NCBI GenBank assembly: GCA_041548245.1
Contig: JBFESZ010000016.1
Location: forward strand, 1 to 28,865
Origin: Sulfurimonadaceae bacterium
GTDB lineage: Bacteria > Campylobacterota > Campylobacteria > Campylobacterales > Sulfurimonadaceae
DNA length: 28,865 nucleotides
Reading direction: 5' to 3'
The notes beneath the pieces are model-generated. The model worked only from the letters and a program-made list of their open reading frames with translations. It was not told where the DNA came from and ran no database searches. Positions 8,755-19,111 of this stretch are shown here, one piece after another. Position 1 is the stretch's first letter. Every line of letters starts with the position of its first letter. The position numbers and the translations under genes were made by a program.

Positions 8755-9270
8755 TTATTTTTTCGACTTTTGTAGTTTCTTGTACTCTTTTTCAAACTTC
8801 TTACGACGCGTATATGAGAGCTTTTCGATAAATAGTTTACCATCCAAGTGGTCTATCTCATGCTGTATCGCTACAGATAAAAGTCCTTCTGCCTCTAATT
8901 CTTTATGGTTGCCGTGACGATCCTGATAGCTGAGGGTCAGTCTTTCATGACGTTCGACATCTTCATAAAAACTAGGTACGCTTAAGCAGCCCTCCTGATA
9001 AACGATTATACCATCTTCATTGGAGGTGACAGGATTGATGATCTCCAAGAGGTCTTCAAAATGCTGCTCGCCTTCTTCATCAGGTATGCAAAGCAACAGT
9101 ACACGTTTAGCTATACCGACTTGAATAGCAGCAAGGCCGATACCATTACTTTCAAGCATCGTATCATACATATTGTCAAGCAGTGTGTGCAGATCTGCAT
9201 CAAATGTTTCAACTGCTTGAGAGACCTCTTTCAAGCGTTTGTCGGGATATACAACAATGGGGAGTTTCAT
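8755..9270 (-). CDS. def: Peptide deformylase
   Basis: Motifs GIGLAAIQVG, EGCLS and QHEIDHLDG. Confidence 0.97.
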   Translation of the reverse strand: MKLPIVVYPDKRLKEVSQAVETFDADLHTLLDNMYDTMLESNGIGLAAIQVGIAKRVLLLCIPDEEGEQHFEDLLEIINPVTSNEDGIIVYQEGCLSVPSFYEDVERHERLTLSYQDRHGNHKELEAEGLLSVAIQHEIDHLDGKLFIEKLSYTRRKKFEKEYKKLQKSKK

Positions 9271-10337
9271 TCAGTTTCAGTGTCCTTTGTACAGACTGAG
9301 TAATCCTCAGTATCATTTGCGTAGGCGTTTTCCATAGCATTAAGAGCACATACCAGTGTCTCTTCAACAGATCGATCCGGACTGATGTTGGCAATGCCCA
9401 ACGAGATTTTCAACTGAATCTCTTTTTCTGCAAGAAAGAAGTTGCTTGATGCGACAAGATCACACAAACGTGCGCTAGCACGCTTGGCATTAACGATATC
9501 AGTATGCTTGAGAATCATGGCAAAGACACCATCACCGTAATGGGCAACGACATCACTACGACGAGATGTTTTCATGAGCAAGCGTGCAACGGTTCGTGTC
9601 ATAAGCATCAGTGCCTTGGGATTGTCAACACTCTCTTCAATCACTTTTGAGAGCTCTATGGTGATCAGTGTGCTCGTATGTTTGAACTCTTCAATCAGGT
9701 TTTTTTCCTGTTCGAGTTTTTGCAGGAGATAACGTTTATTATAAATACCAAACTGATTGTCATAGATGGTCTCATTATCAACATTTTTCACGATGTTGGC
9801 AGTATCTTGATAGAGATCCTTCATATGGTCAATCTGCTTTTTCAAGATATTATTGAGTTTTCCTACATCTTGATCCAATGAAGTTATAGTGGATAAGACA
9901 GATTGGGCATCAGGATTGACCCCAAGTTCAGCACGGCGTTTTGAAAGAATTTTTTCCATCAAAGCCATGTTCTTGTAAAGATTGGAGGTCACTTGCAAGA
10001 TTGACTTGATGGAGGAAAATCCCGATTTTAAACTTTTCTCCAATTGAATGGTCTTCTCGTCATCATTGCTGTTTTCAAACTCAAGGATAGAGTTGATCTG
10101 TTTGCGCATTGTTTCTGACTTCTCTTCCAAAAGCCGGTCGAAATAGAGTCCAAAGTTATTAGGCGTTGGCGGAAGGTTGTCTTGTATCAGTTGTGAGAGG
10201 ACCTCTTTGGCATACATCTCTAAGTCACTAGTAGGCTCGTTTAAATCAGAAGATGGGGAAGGACCACCGAATGTCGGTACATCAGAGGATGTGTCCACAG
10301 CAGAGATATCACGTCGTTTACGAAGATTTCCTGCCAT
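9267..10337 (-). CDS. Degenerate GGDEF-domain protein (coiled-coil N-terminus; A-site GDGVF; RxxD I-site retained)
   Basis: C-terminal GGDEF fold (YDNQFGIYNKRY ... RRSDVVAHYGDGVFAMIL ... KISLGIA). ATG 10337 is preferred over GTG 10343 because the SD AAGG sits at proper spacing. Confidence 0.85.
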   Translation of the reverse strand: MAGNLRKRRDISAVDTSSDVPTFGGPSPSSDLNEPTSDLEMYAKEVLSQLIQDNLPPTPNNFGLYFDRLLEEKSETMRKQINSILEFENSNDDEKTIQLEKSLKSGFSSIKSILQVTSNLYKNMALMEKILSKRRAELGVNPDAQSVLSTITSLDQDVGKLNNILKKQIDHMKDLYQDTANIVKNVDNETIYDNQFGIYNKRYLLQKLEQEKNLIEEFKHTSTLITIELSKVIEESVDNPKALMLMTRTVARLLMKTSRRSDVVAHYGDGVFAMILKHTDIVNAKRASARLCDLVASSNFFLAEKEIQLKISLGIANISPDRSVEETLVCALNAMENAYANDTEDYSVCTKDTETE

Positions 10338-10346
10338 ATTCACACC

Positions 10347-10937
10347 TTATTTTTTAGAATTTTTTGAAATCACTTCATCTATCATACCGTATTTTTTCGC
10401 TTGTTCGGCAGACATGAAGTTATCACGTTCTGTATCTTCAGCAATTTTTGCTACTTTTTGACCCGTGTTCTCAGCCAAAATAGCATTCAAATCATCTTTC
10501 ATACGCTGAATCTCTTTCGCCTGGATCTGGATATCAGTCGATTGGCCTTGAGCGCCACCTGATGGTTGGTGGATCATGATACGAGAGTTAGGTAGAGAGT
10601 AGCGTTTTCCCTTTGCACCAGAACTCAGTAGGAAAGCGCCCATTGAAGCCGCTTGTCCTATACATATCGTCGAAACATCGGGTTTTATATAATTCATTGT
10701 GTCATAAATTGACATTCCCGCAGTAATGACTCCTCCTGGAGAGTTGATGTAAAAATAGATATCTTTTTCCGGGTCTTCTGCTTCAAGAAAAAGAAGTTGA
10801 GCGACAATAGTCGAAGCAGATTGGTCATTGACTTCGCCGGTCAGCATAACAATACGATCTTTTAGAAGACGTGAATAGATGTCATAGGACCGTTCACCAC
10901 GACCTGTTTTTTCAATAACGTAAGGAATATAACTCAT
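10347..10937 (-). CDS. clpP: ATP-dependent Clp protease proteolytic subunit
   Basis: Motifs [29 protein letters not shown] (catalytic Ser), MIHQPSGG and DTERDNFM. Confidence 0.98.
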   Translation of the reverse strand: MSYIPYVIEKTGRGERSYDIYSRLLKDRIVMLTGEVNDQSASTIVAQLLFLEAEDPEKDIYFYINSPGGVITAGMSIYDTMNYIKPDVSTICIGQAASMGAFLLSSGAKGKRYSLPNSRIMIHQPSGGAQGQSTDIQIQAKEIQRMKDDLNAILAENTGQKVAKIAEDTERDNFMSAEQAKKYGMIDEVISKNSKK

Positions 10938-11027
10938 TGAGTGCCTTTGTATGATTTAAAAAATGATTATTTTGAAATTTGAGAAATTTAAAACTCTTGT
11001 ATTGTAGCTAATCATTTTTTAAAGCAC

Positions 11028-11052
11028 AACACCCATTCAAGTAATGGGTGTT
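11028..11052 (-). terminator. Hairpin downstream of tig
   Basis: Perfect 10-bp stem AACACCCATT-CAAGT-AATGGGTGTT. A clpP -10 candidate (TACAAT, 11006-11001) follows it. Confidence 0.65.
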
Positions 11053-11111
11053 AAAAGGAAATGATCTTTAAGCTTTTTAAAGAATCCTAGTCCTTAGGTT
11101 GACTGCAGAAA

Positions 11112-12410
11112 TTAATCTTTCAGTTTCGCATCAATTAGTTTTGAAAGTACTTTGTCCTCTACCATAGCCATCTGGATAGCCGGAAGGTAACCAGATTTCT
11201 TATAGCTTTCATAGACTGCAGCAGGGTCTTGACCCATTTGCATCGCTTCAAAGTAAATTGTCTGCATCACTTCATTCTCTTCGACTTTGATATCTTCAGC
11301 TTTAGCCAGAGCATCGATGATGAATGTCGCTTTCACAGAACGTGTCGCATCGTCACGGAACTCTTCACGAAGTTCTTTGACTTTTTCTGCGTTGTCTTTA
11401 AGTTCATTGATCTCATCTTCGCTCATAGTCTGCGCTTTTTTGTTCAGTGCCATATCCATCTCTTGTTCTACTACGAAAGAAGGAAGGTCGAAGTTGAACT
11501 TTTGAACGAAAGCTTCAAGTAGATTTGGTTTTAACTCTTCGTTGTAAAGCTTAGAAAGTTCTTCTTTTTCAAGTTGCTCTTTTACTTTTTCTTTTAACAT
11601 ATCCATAGTGGCTTCTTCTTCGCCTGGAAGCATTTTTTTAGCAAGAGCAGCATCCATACGTACTTTTTCTTTCATCTGGATTGCATTGACTTTTACTTTG
11701 AACTCGGCATCTTTGCCTGCAAGCTTCTCACCACCATAGTTCTCAGGGAAAGTTACTTTGATGATTTTTTCCTCACCTTTTTTCATGCCGATTACTTGAT
11801 CTTCAAAACCAGGAATGAATTGACCTGAACCCAGTGTAAGAGAGAACCCTTCAGCAGCTCCACCTTCAAATAGCTCACCGTCAATAGAACCTTCAAAGTC
11901 GATATTCGCTGTATCACCATCGACAAGCGCGCGGTCCTCATCAACGTCTACGAAAGGTGCCTGTGCCTGAGCGATCTCTTGGATACGGTCAGTAATCGCT
12001 TTTGCAGTGATTTTTGGTTTTTTAGTCTCTGGAGCGATCTCTGCATAGCCATCAATGTTGATCTCAGGACGTAGAGCAATAGTCACGGCCACATCGATCT
12101 TGTCATCAGATTTGTCAAATTTAGTGATCTGAGGTTCACCGATTAGTGCATCGTTAGTCGCACCAAGATCTTTTAGACCATTGTCAAGCAGGTCACGAAG
12201 TGCTTCTGATTCAGCATCCTGGACAAGTTTGTCTCCGTATTGTTTTTTAATAGCAGATACAGGAACTTTACCTTTACGAAAACCTGGGATATTTGCAGTT
12301 TTAGCAAGTTGCTTGGCAAGTTTTTCAACATTGGCATCAATATCAGTTTGTGCCAATGTAGCAGTGATTTCAGCGTTAGCGCTGTCGATTTTATTGGTTT
12401 TGAATTCCAT
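11112..12410 (-). CDS. tig: Trigger factor
   Basis: Ribosome-binding signature IPGFRKGKVP; FKBP domain (IDFEG..DGELFEGG, FIPGFEDQ, VTFPENY). Confidence 0.97.
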   Translation of the reverse strand: MEFKTNKIDSANAEITATLAQTDIDANVEKLAKQLAKTANIPGFRKGKVPVSAIKKQYGDKLVQDAESEALRDLLDNGLKDLGATNDALIGEPQITKFDKSDDKIDVAVTIALRPEINIDGYAEIAPETKKPKITAKAITDRIQEIAQAQAPFVDVDEDRALVDGDTANIDFEGSIDGELFEGGAAEGFSLTLGSGQFIPGFEDQVIGMKKGEEKIIKVTFPENYGGEKLAGKDAEFKVKVNAIQMKEKVRMDAALAKKMLPGEEEATMDMLKEKVKEQLEKEELSKLYNEELKPNLLEAFVQKFNFDLPSFVVEQEMDMALNKKAQTMSEDEINELKDNAEKVKELREEFRDDATRSVKATFIIDALAKAEDIKVEENEVMQTIYFEAMQMGQDPAAVYESYKKSGYLPAIQMAMVEDKVLSKLIDAKLKD

Positions 12411-12576
12411 TAAATCCCTTTTAGATTTTTACAGTAGTATTCTCAAATGACACTACTATGTATAAATTTTTCGAAATTTTATCGAAACTTTTCTTTTTTT
12501 TCTATAATACGATATGTTTAACTCAGCACAAGCGAAGAGATGGTATTCTAACGTCAATAAAACATAAGGTATAGAA

Positions 12577-13161
12577 GTGGCTGATATAAATAATGAAGCA
12601 TTTGAGAACGCAGTAAAGACGATGATGCGGTCTGTAGGTGAGGACCCAGAGCGCGAAGGACTTCTCAAGACGCCAGAGCGGGTGAGAAAAGCTTATGACT
12701 TCATCTATGGAGGGTATAAAGAAGACCCTAATGAAATCCTTTCTTCGGCTCTTTTTACCTCTTCGAATGATGAGATGGTTTTAATCAAAGACATTGAACT
12801 TTACTCTACTTGTGAGCATCACCTTCTTCCTATTATAGGACGGGCCCATGTTGCTTATATTCCTGACGGAAAGGTCGTTGGTCTTTCAAAGATACCAAGG
12901 GTAGTGGATGTCTTTTCCAGACGCATGCAGATACAAGAACAGTTAACAGAACAGATCGCTGACGCTATTATGCAGACTATTGAGCCGAAAGGAGTCGCCG
13001 TCGTCATACAGGCGCGTCACATGTGCATGGAGATGCGAGGTGTTGAGAAGATCAATTCGACGACAACATCATCAGCGCTGCGTGGGCTGTTCAAAAAAGA
13101 TGAAAAGACCAGAGCAGAGTTCTTTTCTCTTATCAATGCTCCTGTAGGCAACAGGTATTAA
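12577..13161 (+). CDS. folE: GTP cyclohydrolase I
   Basis: Motifs [40 protein letters not shown] and [12 protein letters not shown] start. Confidence 0.97.
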   Translation: MADINNEAFENAVKTMMRSVGEDPEREGLLKTPERVRKAYDFIYGGYKEDPNEILSSALFTSSNDEMVLIKDIELYSTCEHHLLPIIGRAHVAYIPDGKVVGLSKIPRVVDVFSRRMQIQEQLTEQIADAIMQTIEPKGVAVVIQARHMCMEMRGVEKINSTTTSSALRGLFKKDEKTRAEFFSLINAPVGNRY

Positions 13162-13167
13162 ACATAT

Positions 13168-14475
13168 ATGCCTCTAAACTCTCTTCGCGATCGGATCAAA
13201 GGACATAATTTATCACCTGCATTTGGGACGATCACAGAGATTAATGCCAATATTGTCTTGGCTAAAGGGCTCAAGGTCAGCATAGGTGACACCGTATCCA
13301 TCATCTCTAAAGAGAATCAGATGAGCACGATGGGTATGGTGACGGAGATCAGAGAGGAAAGTTTTGCCATCAGCCCTTTTTCATTCATTGAGGGCTACTG
13401 TGTAGGAGATGAGGTCTTTTTAAAACAAAATGGGATGAAGATAGACATCGGTCCTGAGCTCTTGGGCCGTGTTGTCGATCCTTTTATGCATCCCATCGAT
13501 GGTAAAGGGAGTCTGCGCTGTTCGTCACAGTCTTCGATTATTAAACAGCCTATTGCTGCGATGGCAAGAGGTATGATTAATGAAAAGTTTTCTGTCGGAG
13601 TTAAAACCATCGATACACTTCTTTCATGCGGTAAAGGTCAAAAGCTGGGTATCTTTGCTGGCTCCGGCGTGGGTAAATCGACACTGATGGGTATGATCGT
13701 CAGAGGTTCTGAAGCTCCTATCAAGGTCATAGCTTTGATTGGAGAGCGCGGACGGGAAGTCCCAGAGTTTATTGAGAAAAACCTGGGAGGAGACCTTACG
13801 AATACAGTCATCGTTGTAGCGACTTCCGACGATTCCCCTTTAATGCGAAAATATGGGGCCTTTTCCGCGATGTCTGTGGCAGAATATTTTAAAGACCAGG
13901 GACAGGATGTTCTTTTTATGATGGACTCCGTAACACGTTTTGCCATGGCACAACGTGAGATCGGACTAGCCCTTGGAGAACCACCTACTTCCAAAGGTTA
14001 CCCACCATCATCATTGACTCTCCTTCCCCAGTTGATGGAAAGAGCTGGAAAAGAGGAAGGGAAAGGTTCTATTACGGCCTTCTTTACAGTCTTGGTAGAG
14101 GGTGATGATATGAATGACCCTATCGCGGACCAATCCCGTTCTATTCTGGACGGGCATATCGTCCTGTCACGTGAACTGACAGACTTTGGTATCTACCCGC
14201 CTATACACATCCTAAACTCTGCTTCGAGGGTGATGAATGATATTATCTCTGCAGAACATTTTGAAGCCGCAAGAAAGTTTAGACGGCTTTATACATTGTT
14301 AAAAGAGAATGAGGTCTTGATACGTATTGGTGCTTATACATCGGGGAATGATGCTGAACTGGATGAGGCGATTGCTAAAAAAGAGAGCATGGAAAAGTTC
14401 ATTTCACAGGGCTCAAGTTTCATATCAGACTATGATGAAAGTATTCAGACACTCATCGAGATGATGAAGAGCTGA
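13168..14475 (+). CDS. fliI: Flagellar type III export ATPase
   Basis: Walker A GIFAGSGVGKSTL, ALIGERGREV, DSVTRFAMAQREIGL and SILDGHIVLSR. Adjacency to folE matches Campylobacter gene order. Confidence 0.95.
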   Translation: MPLNSLRDRIKGHNLSPAFGTITEINANIVLAKGLKVSIGDTVSIISKENQMSTMGMVTEIREESFAISPFSFIEGYCVGDEVFLKQNGMKIDIGPELLGRVVDPFMHPIDGKGSLRCSSQSSIIKQPIAAMARGMINEKFSVGVKTIDTLLSCGKGQKLGIFAGSGVGKSTLMGMIVRGSEAPIKVIALIGERGREVPEFIEKNLGGDLTNTVIVVATSDDSPLMRKYGAFSAMSVAEYFKDQGQDVLFMMDSVTRFAMAQREIGLALGEPPTSKGYPPSSLTLLPQLMERAGKEEGKGSITAFFTVLVEGDDMNDPIADQSRSILDGHIVLSRELTDFGIYPPIHILNSASRVMNDIISAEHFEAARKFRRLYTLLKENEVLIRIGAYTSGNDAELDEAIAKKESMEKFISQGSSFISDYDESIQTLIEMMKS

Positions 14476-14571
14476 AAGTATTAACTAAAAATTTCCTTAA
14501 GCTATACTTTCCATAAAATAATCTTAAGCATAAACTTAAGCAATACCTACTATCATGTCGCTATCAAAAAG

Positions 14572-14588
14572 AGGACAAAATATGTCCT
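14572..14588. promoter_or_regulatory. Palindromic candidate operator upstream of nifS
   Basis: AGGACA-AAATA-TGTCCT perfect 6-5-6 inverted repeat, 54 nt before the nifS ATG. Confidence 0.5.
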
Positions 14589-14603
14589 AATTAAAAATTT
14601 TGA

Positions 14604-15860
<1,257 letters not shown>

Positions 15861-15889
15861 ACTAAGAAAATAAATTTAAGGAGTATATA

Positions 15890-16864
15890 ATGGCTAAGAA
15901 TGATATGCTAGGCGAATCTCTATGGGACGCTTACTCAAATAAAGTTACAACACTAATGAACAACCCTCAACACCAGGGTGAGATCTTCCCGGAAGAGGCA
16001 GAAGCTCATGGTAACAAGCTTATTGTCGCGGATTTCGGTGCAGAGAGTTGTGGTGATGCAGTACGTCTGTATTGGGAAGTTGACCCTTCAAATGATATGA
16101 TCGTAAACTCTAAGTTTAAGTCTTTTGGTTGTGGTACTGCTATCGCATCTTCGGATGTTATGACACAACTGTGTATTGGTAAAACAGTACAAGAAGCGGT
16201 CAAGATCACAAATATTGATGTTGAGTTTGCACTCCGTGATGATCCAGAAACACCAGCGGTTCCACCTCAGAAAATGCACTGTTCGGTAATGGCGTATGAC
16301 GTTATTAAGAAAGCAGCAGGTATGTATCTTGGTGTTGATGAGTCAACATTTGAAACAGAGATTATCGTATGTGAATGTGCGCGTGTTTCTCTTAATACAT
16401 TGAAAGAGGTCATCAAACTAAATGACCTGAGTACAGTTGAGCAGATCACAGACTATACTAAAGCAGGTGGTTTTTGTAAGTCTTGTATCAAACCGGGTGG
16501 ACACGAAGATAGAGAATATTATCTAGTGGATATCCTTGCAGATACAAGAAAAGAGATGGATCAAGAGAAGCTTGCAGCAGCAGCTGATGCTGGTCTTAAA
16601 GGTGACTTTGAGACTATGACACTGGTTCAAAAGATCAAGGCAATTGATGCGGTAGTTGACGAGAATATTCGTCAGTTCCTTGTGATGGATGGTGGAGATA
16701 TGGAAGTTATCGATGTTAAGACATCAGATGAGAATATTGACGTATATATCCGTTATCTTGGTGCATGTAATGGTTGTGCAAGTTCTTCGACAGGTACATT
16801 GTATGCAATTGAGGCAGCGTTAAAAGAGAAGCTTTCTCAAAAAATCAGAGTTTTACCTATCTAA
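15890..16864 (+). CDS. nifU: Fe-S cluster scaffold NifU (IscU-like, BFD-like [2Fe-2S] and Nfu domains)
   Basis: N-domain ESCGD, FGCG and MHCS; central CEC...CKSC; C-terminal DGGD...YLGACNGC. Confidence 0.95.
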   Translation: MAKNDMLGESLWDAYSNKVTTLMNNPQHQGEIFPEEAEAHGNKLIVADFGAESCGDAVRLYWEVDPSNDMIVNSKFKSFGCGTAIASSDVMTQLCIGKTVQEAVKITNIDVEFALRDDPETPAVPPQKMHCSVMAYDVIKKAAGMYLGVDESTFETEIIVCECARVSLNTLKEVIKLNDLSTVEQITDYTKAGGFCKSCIKPGGHEDREYYLVDILADTRKEMDQEKLAAAADAGLKGDFETMTLVQKIKAIDAVVDENIRQFLVMDGGDMEVIDVKTSDENIDVYIRYLGACNGCASSSTGTLYAIEAALKEKLSQKIRVLPI

Positions 16865-16893
16865 TCTGATTGCAACCGTTTTACAATCAGATA

Positions 16894-16959
16894 TCTACAA
16901 TGGGTATCCTTTATAAGGTTGAGTTGGCTTTGAAAGAGAAGCCTTCTCGATTGGACTGA
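16894..16959 (+). pseudogene. Relic fragment resembling the NifU/Nfu C-terminal helix
   Basis: Translates STMGILYKVELALKEKPSRLD* versus NifU SSTGTLYAIEAALKEKLSQ: 11/19 identical by manual alignment, ungapped. Confidence 0.6.
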
Positions 16960-16976
16960 AGTCATATTTATAATTT

Positions 16977-17007
16977 ATTGGTTTACAGGTGTTGCCTGTA
17001 AACCAAT
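16977..17007. terminator. Bidirectional terminator between nifU and the PIN-PhoH gene
   Basis: Perfect 13-bp stem ATTGGTTTACAGG-TGTTG-CCTGTAAACCAAT. Confidence 0.75.
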
Positions 17008-17026
17008 CCTCAGTTTTACTTTATTT

Positions 17027-18505
17027 TTAAAAGTTTTTATCAAACCAGTTTGCAATTTCACTACGTATGGTATGGCGTAACTGTATACCGGCTATATAGT
17101 CCTCGTTTTTTGCTTTTTGCAGCAGTGCGACTAATGCATTCCTTCGTTTAGAGAGGAACGGATGGTCGATCTGGTTGGGATCTCCCATCACAACCATTCT
17201 TGTATCATCTCCCATCCGTGTACCGATCAATTTTAATGTCGCTGCTGTCATGTTTTGTGCCTCATCGATGATGACAAATTTTTTAGAGATGGTCGTCCCT
17301 CTTAGATGTGCGATATCCATGACTTCTATGTTGTGCTTGATCATAAATAATTCAGTGGCCGTCTCCTGCTTCATCGAATTGATATTGCCGGTATATTCGA
17401 CTTGAGAGTCAATCGAATACTGTTTCATGTGTTCAATAGTGAAGTTGACAGCCGAATAGAGCGGATACATAAAATACCCGAGTTTTTGTCCTTCATCCCC
17501 TTTTCGAAATCCAAGTTCAGACTGAGGATCATTGGCTGTGACCGTATTACGTGCGTAAACGATTCCCTCAACAATGCCTTCTTTGACAAGTTCAAGTCCT
17601 GCCTGAAGAGCAATCAGCGTTTTACCTGAACCGGTTGAGCCTGATACGACAGTTACATAGTTTTGAGGGTGCGTCAACATGGTGAAGTAGAACTTCTGTT
17701 CGAGATTGATAGGACGGATCAGCTCTTCATCATAGAACTCCCCAAAACGACGGTCAAAATCACACATCTCGAGAGTATGATTGTTGATAATAGCATATTT
17801 TTGTATACCGGTTTCATAGATCTGAGAAGTATCACCTGACTCTTGTACAAAGGTGATCTGCTCAAAACTCATGTGTTTGTTAATGTCTTCTAGAACAGGT
17901 TCATCACCTTGATAGGTATAGGTATAGGAGAACTCAATTTCATCCGGTTTTTCGACACGGGCATTTCGGATACTCTGAGTCTCGATTCCCTGTACTTCGG
18001 AAGCTATTTTGAAAGAGATGTCATTGGTCAGAAGCGTCAGACCGTAGTCACCTGCGATTTCTCCGATTTTGGCATCATTGAGTCCAAGGACATGTGAAAA
18101 ATGTTTTTCAATATGATATGTCTCTCTATAGATGATATAAAGTGGGATGTCAGAATCGATTTGATCACCGGGTAGAAGGTCATGTGGAAAGTGCATGCTT
18201 AGCCGATAGTATTTATCTTCGCACGTGGCACGGTCTATGGTGGCACTGGCCTGTACACATTCAGGTAGATCCGAAAATTCTATGGGAGTGCCATCCTCGT
18301 TGTCGGCCAGACGGAAAAACTCCCGGGCACGAAAGCCGGCATCACCGCGCATGTCGTCTTTTTTGTTGTTGAGTTCCGCTAGGACAATATCAGTAATGAT
18401 AACAGCATTTTCATTGTTGTCATTAAGTCGAACGATATGGATAGGGTCATCAAGTATAACGGAGGTATCAAGAAGATAGCAACTTTGTTCAGGGGTCTCA
18501 GCCAT
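17027..18505 (-). CDS. PIN-domain/PhoH-family ATPase fusion (PhoH2/YlaK-like)
   Basis: PIN acidic residues (LLDTSV, LAELN, NDAKI, LLTND). PhoH domain with Walker A GSTGSGKT, LRGTTI, IIDEAQN, GDPNQID and RS.IA. Confidence 0.92.
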   Translation of the reverse strand: MAETPEQSCYLLDTSVILDDPIHIVRLNDNNENAVIITDIVLAELNNKKDDMRGDAGFRAREFFRLADNEDGTPIEFSDLPECVQASATIDRATCEDKYYRLSMHFPHDLLPGDQIDSDIPLYIIYRETYHIEKHFSHVLGLNDAKIGEIAGDYGLTLLTNDISFKIASEVQGIETQSIRNARVEKPDEIEFSYTYTYQGDEPVLEDINKHMSFEQITFVQESGDTSQIYETGIQKYAIINNHTLEMCDFDRRFGEFYDEELIRPINLEQKFYFTMLTHPQNYVTVVSGSTGSGKTLIALQAGLELVKEGIVEGIVYARNTVTANDPQSELGFRKGDEGQKLGYFMYPLYSAVNFTIEHMKQYSIDSQVEYTGNINSMKQETATELFMIKHNIEVMDIAHLRGTTISKKFVIIDEAQNMTAATLKLIGTRMGDDTRMVVMGDPNQIDHPFLSKRRNALVALLQKAKNEDYIAGIQLRHTIRSEIANWFDKNF

Positions 18506-18605
18506 AAGTATTACCTTTATGTCAGGATGTTTTATATTATAGCCATACTAAACAAAAAAGAAATCTTAAAAAGTTGAAATTTTAATCATTTAACCAAAAG
18601 AGAAT

Positions 18606-18830
18606 TTAGATTACGCCAACTTGCAAGAGGGCTTCATCATCAATCTCTCTTTGGTCCATCAGTGCTTTATTCTGATAGATATAAGCAACGGGAAGCACGT
18701 CCCAGAATTTATCACTGGGATGAGATACGCCGGCAAAGCTTAACAGACGCTCTTGGATATCTAGAGAGAGTTCATGGAACATGATACTGTCATCAGTTAC
18801 AGGGGCACCAAGCTTTGGATTGGTAAGCAT
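18606..18830 (-). CDS. Small acidic hypothetical protein (74 aa)
   Basis: SD GAGGA directly before the ATG and a TATAAT at 18865-18860. No family recognised. Confidence 0.65.
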   Translation of the reverse strand: MLTNPKLGAPVTDDSIMFHELSLDIQERLLSFAGVSHPSDKFWDVLPVAYIYQNKALMDQREIDDEALLQVGVI

Positions 18831-19035
18831 TTCATCCTCGTTTTCTCTAAAGTCAATGCATTATATATTAAAGAAAATGGTATTAATGTTAATTTTGAAA
18901 AATTGAAACCATGAAGTCAACAAAAGGTTACATCACATTAAAAAGAGTGTTTATGAGAAACTTTCGAATAAACTTTGTCTTTTTTAAAGAAATACTAAAA
19001 TAATTTTAGCTATCCTTTCATCCTTCTTATTAAAC

Positions 19036-19111
19036 GGTCCGTTAGCTCAGTTGGTAGAGCGCTACCTCGACAAGGTAGATGTCACAAGTTCAAGTCTTGT
19101 ACGGACCACCA
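19036..19111 (+). tRNA. tRNA-Val(GAC)
   Basis: GGTCCGT...ACGGACC-A-CCA. Anticodon arm CTACC-TCGACAA-GGTAG; GTTCAAGT T-loop; 76 nt. Confidence 0.95.

Noticed and set aside
12456-12668. 70-aa minus-strand ORF upstream of tig
   Set aside because: It overlaps the folE 5' end and the divergent promoter region, with no convincing SD or protein-like features.
16957-16959. TGA in the nifU-like relic as a selenocysteine codon
   Set aside because: It does not align to a Cys of NifU, and the downstream hairpin is better explained as a bidirectional terminator than as a SECIS.
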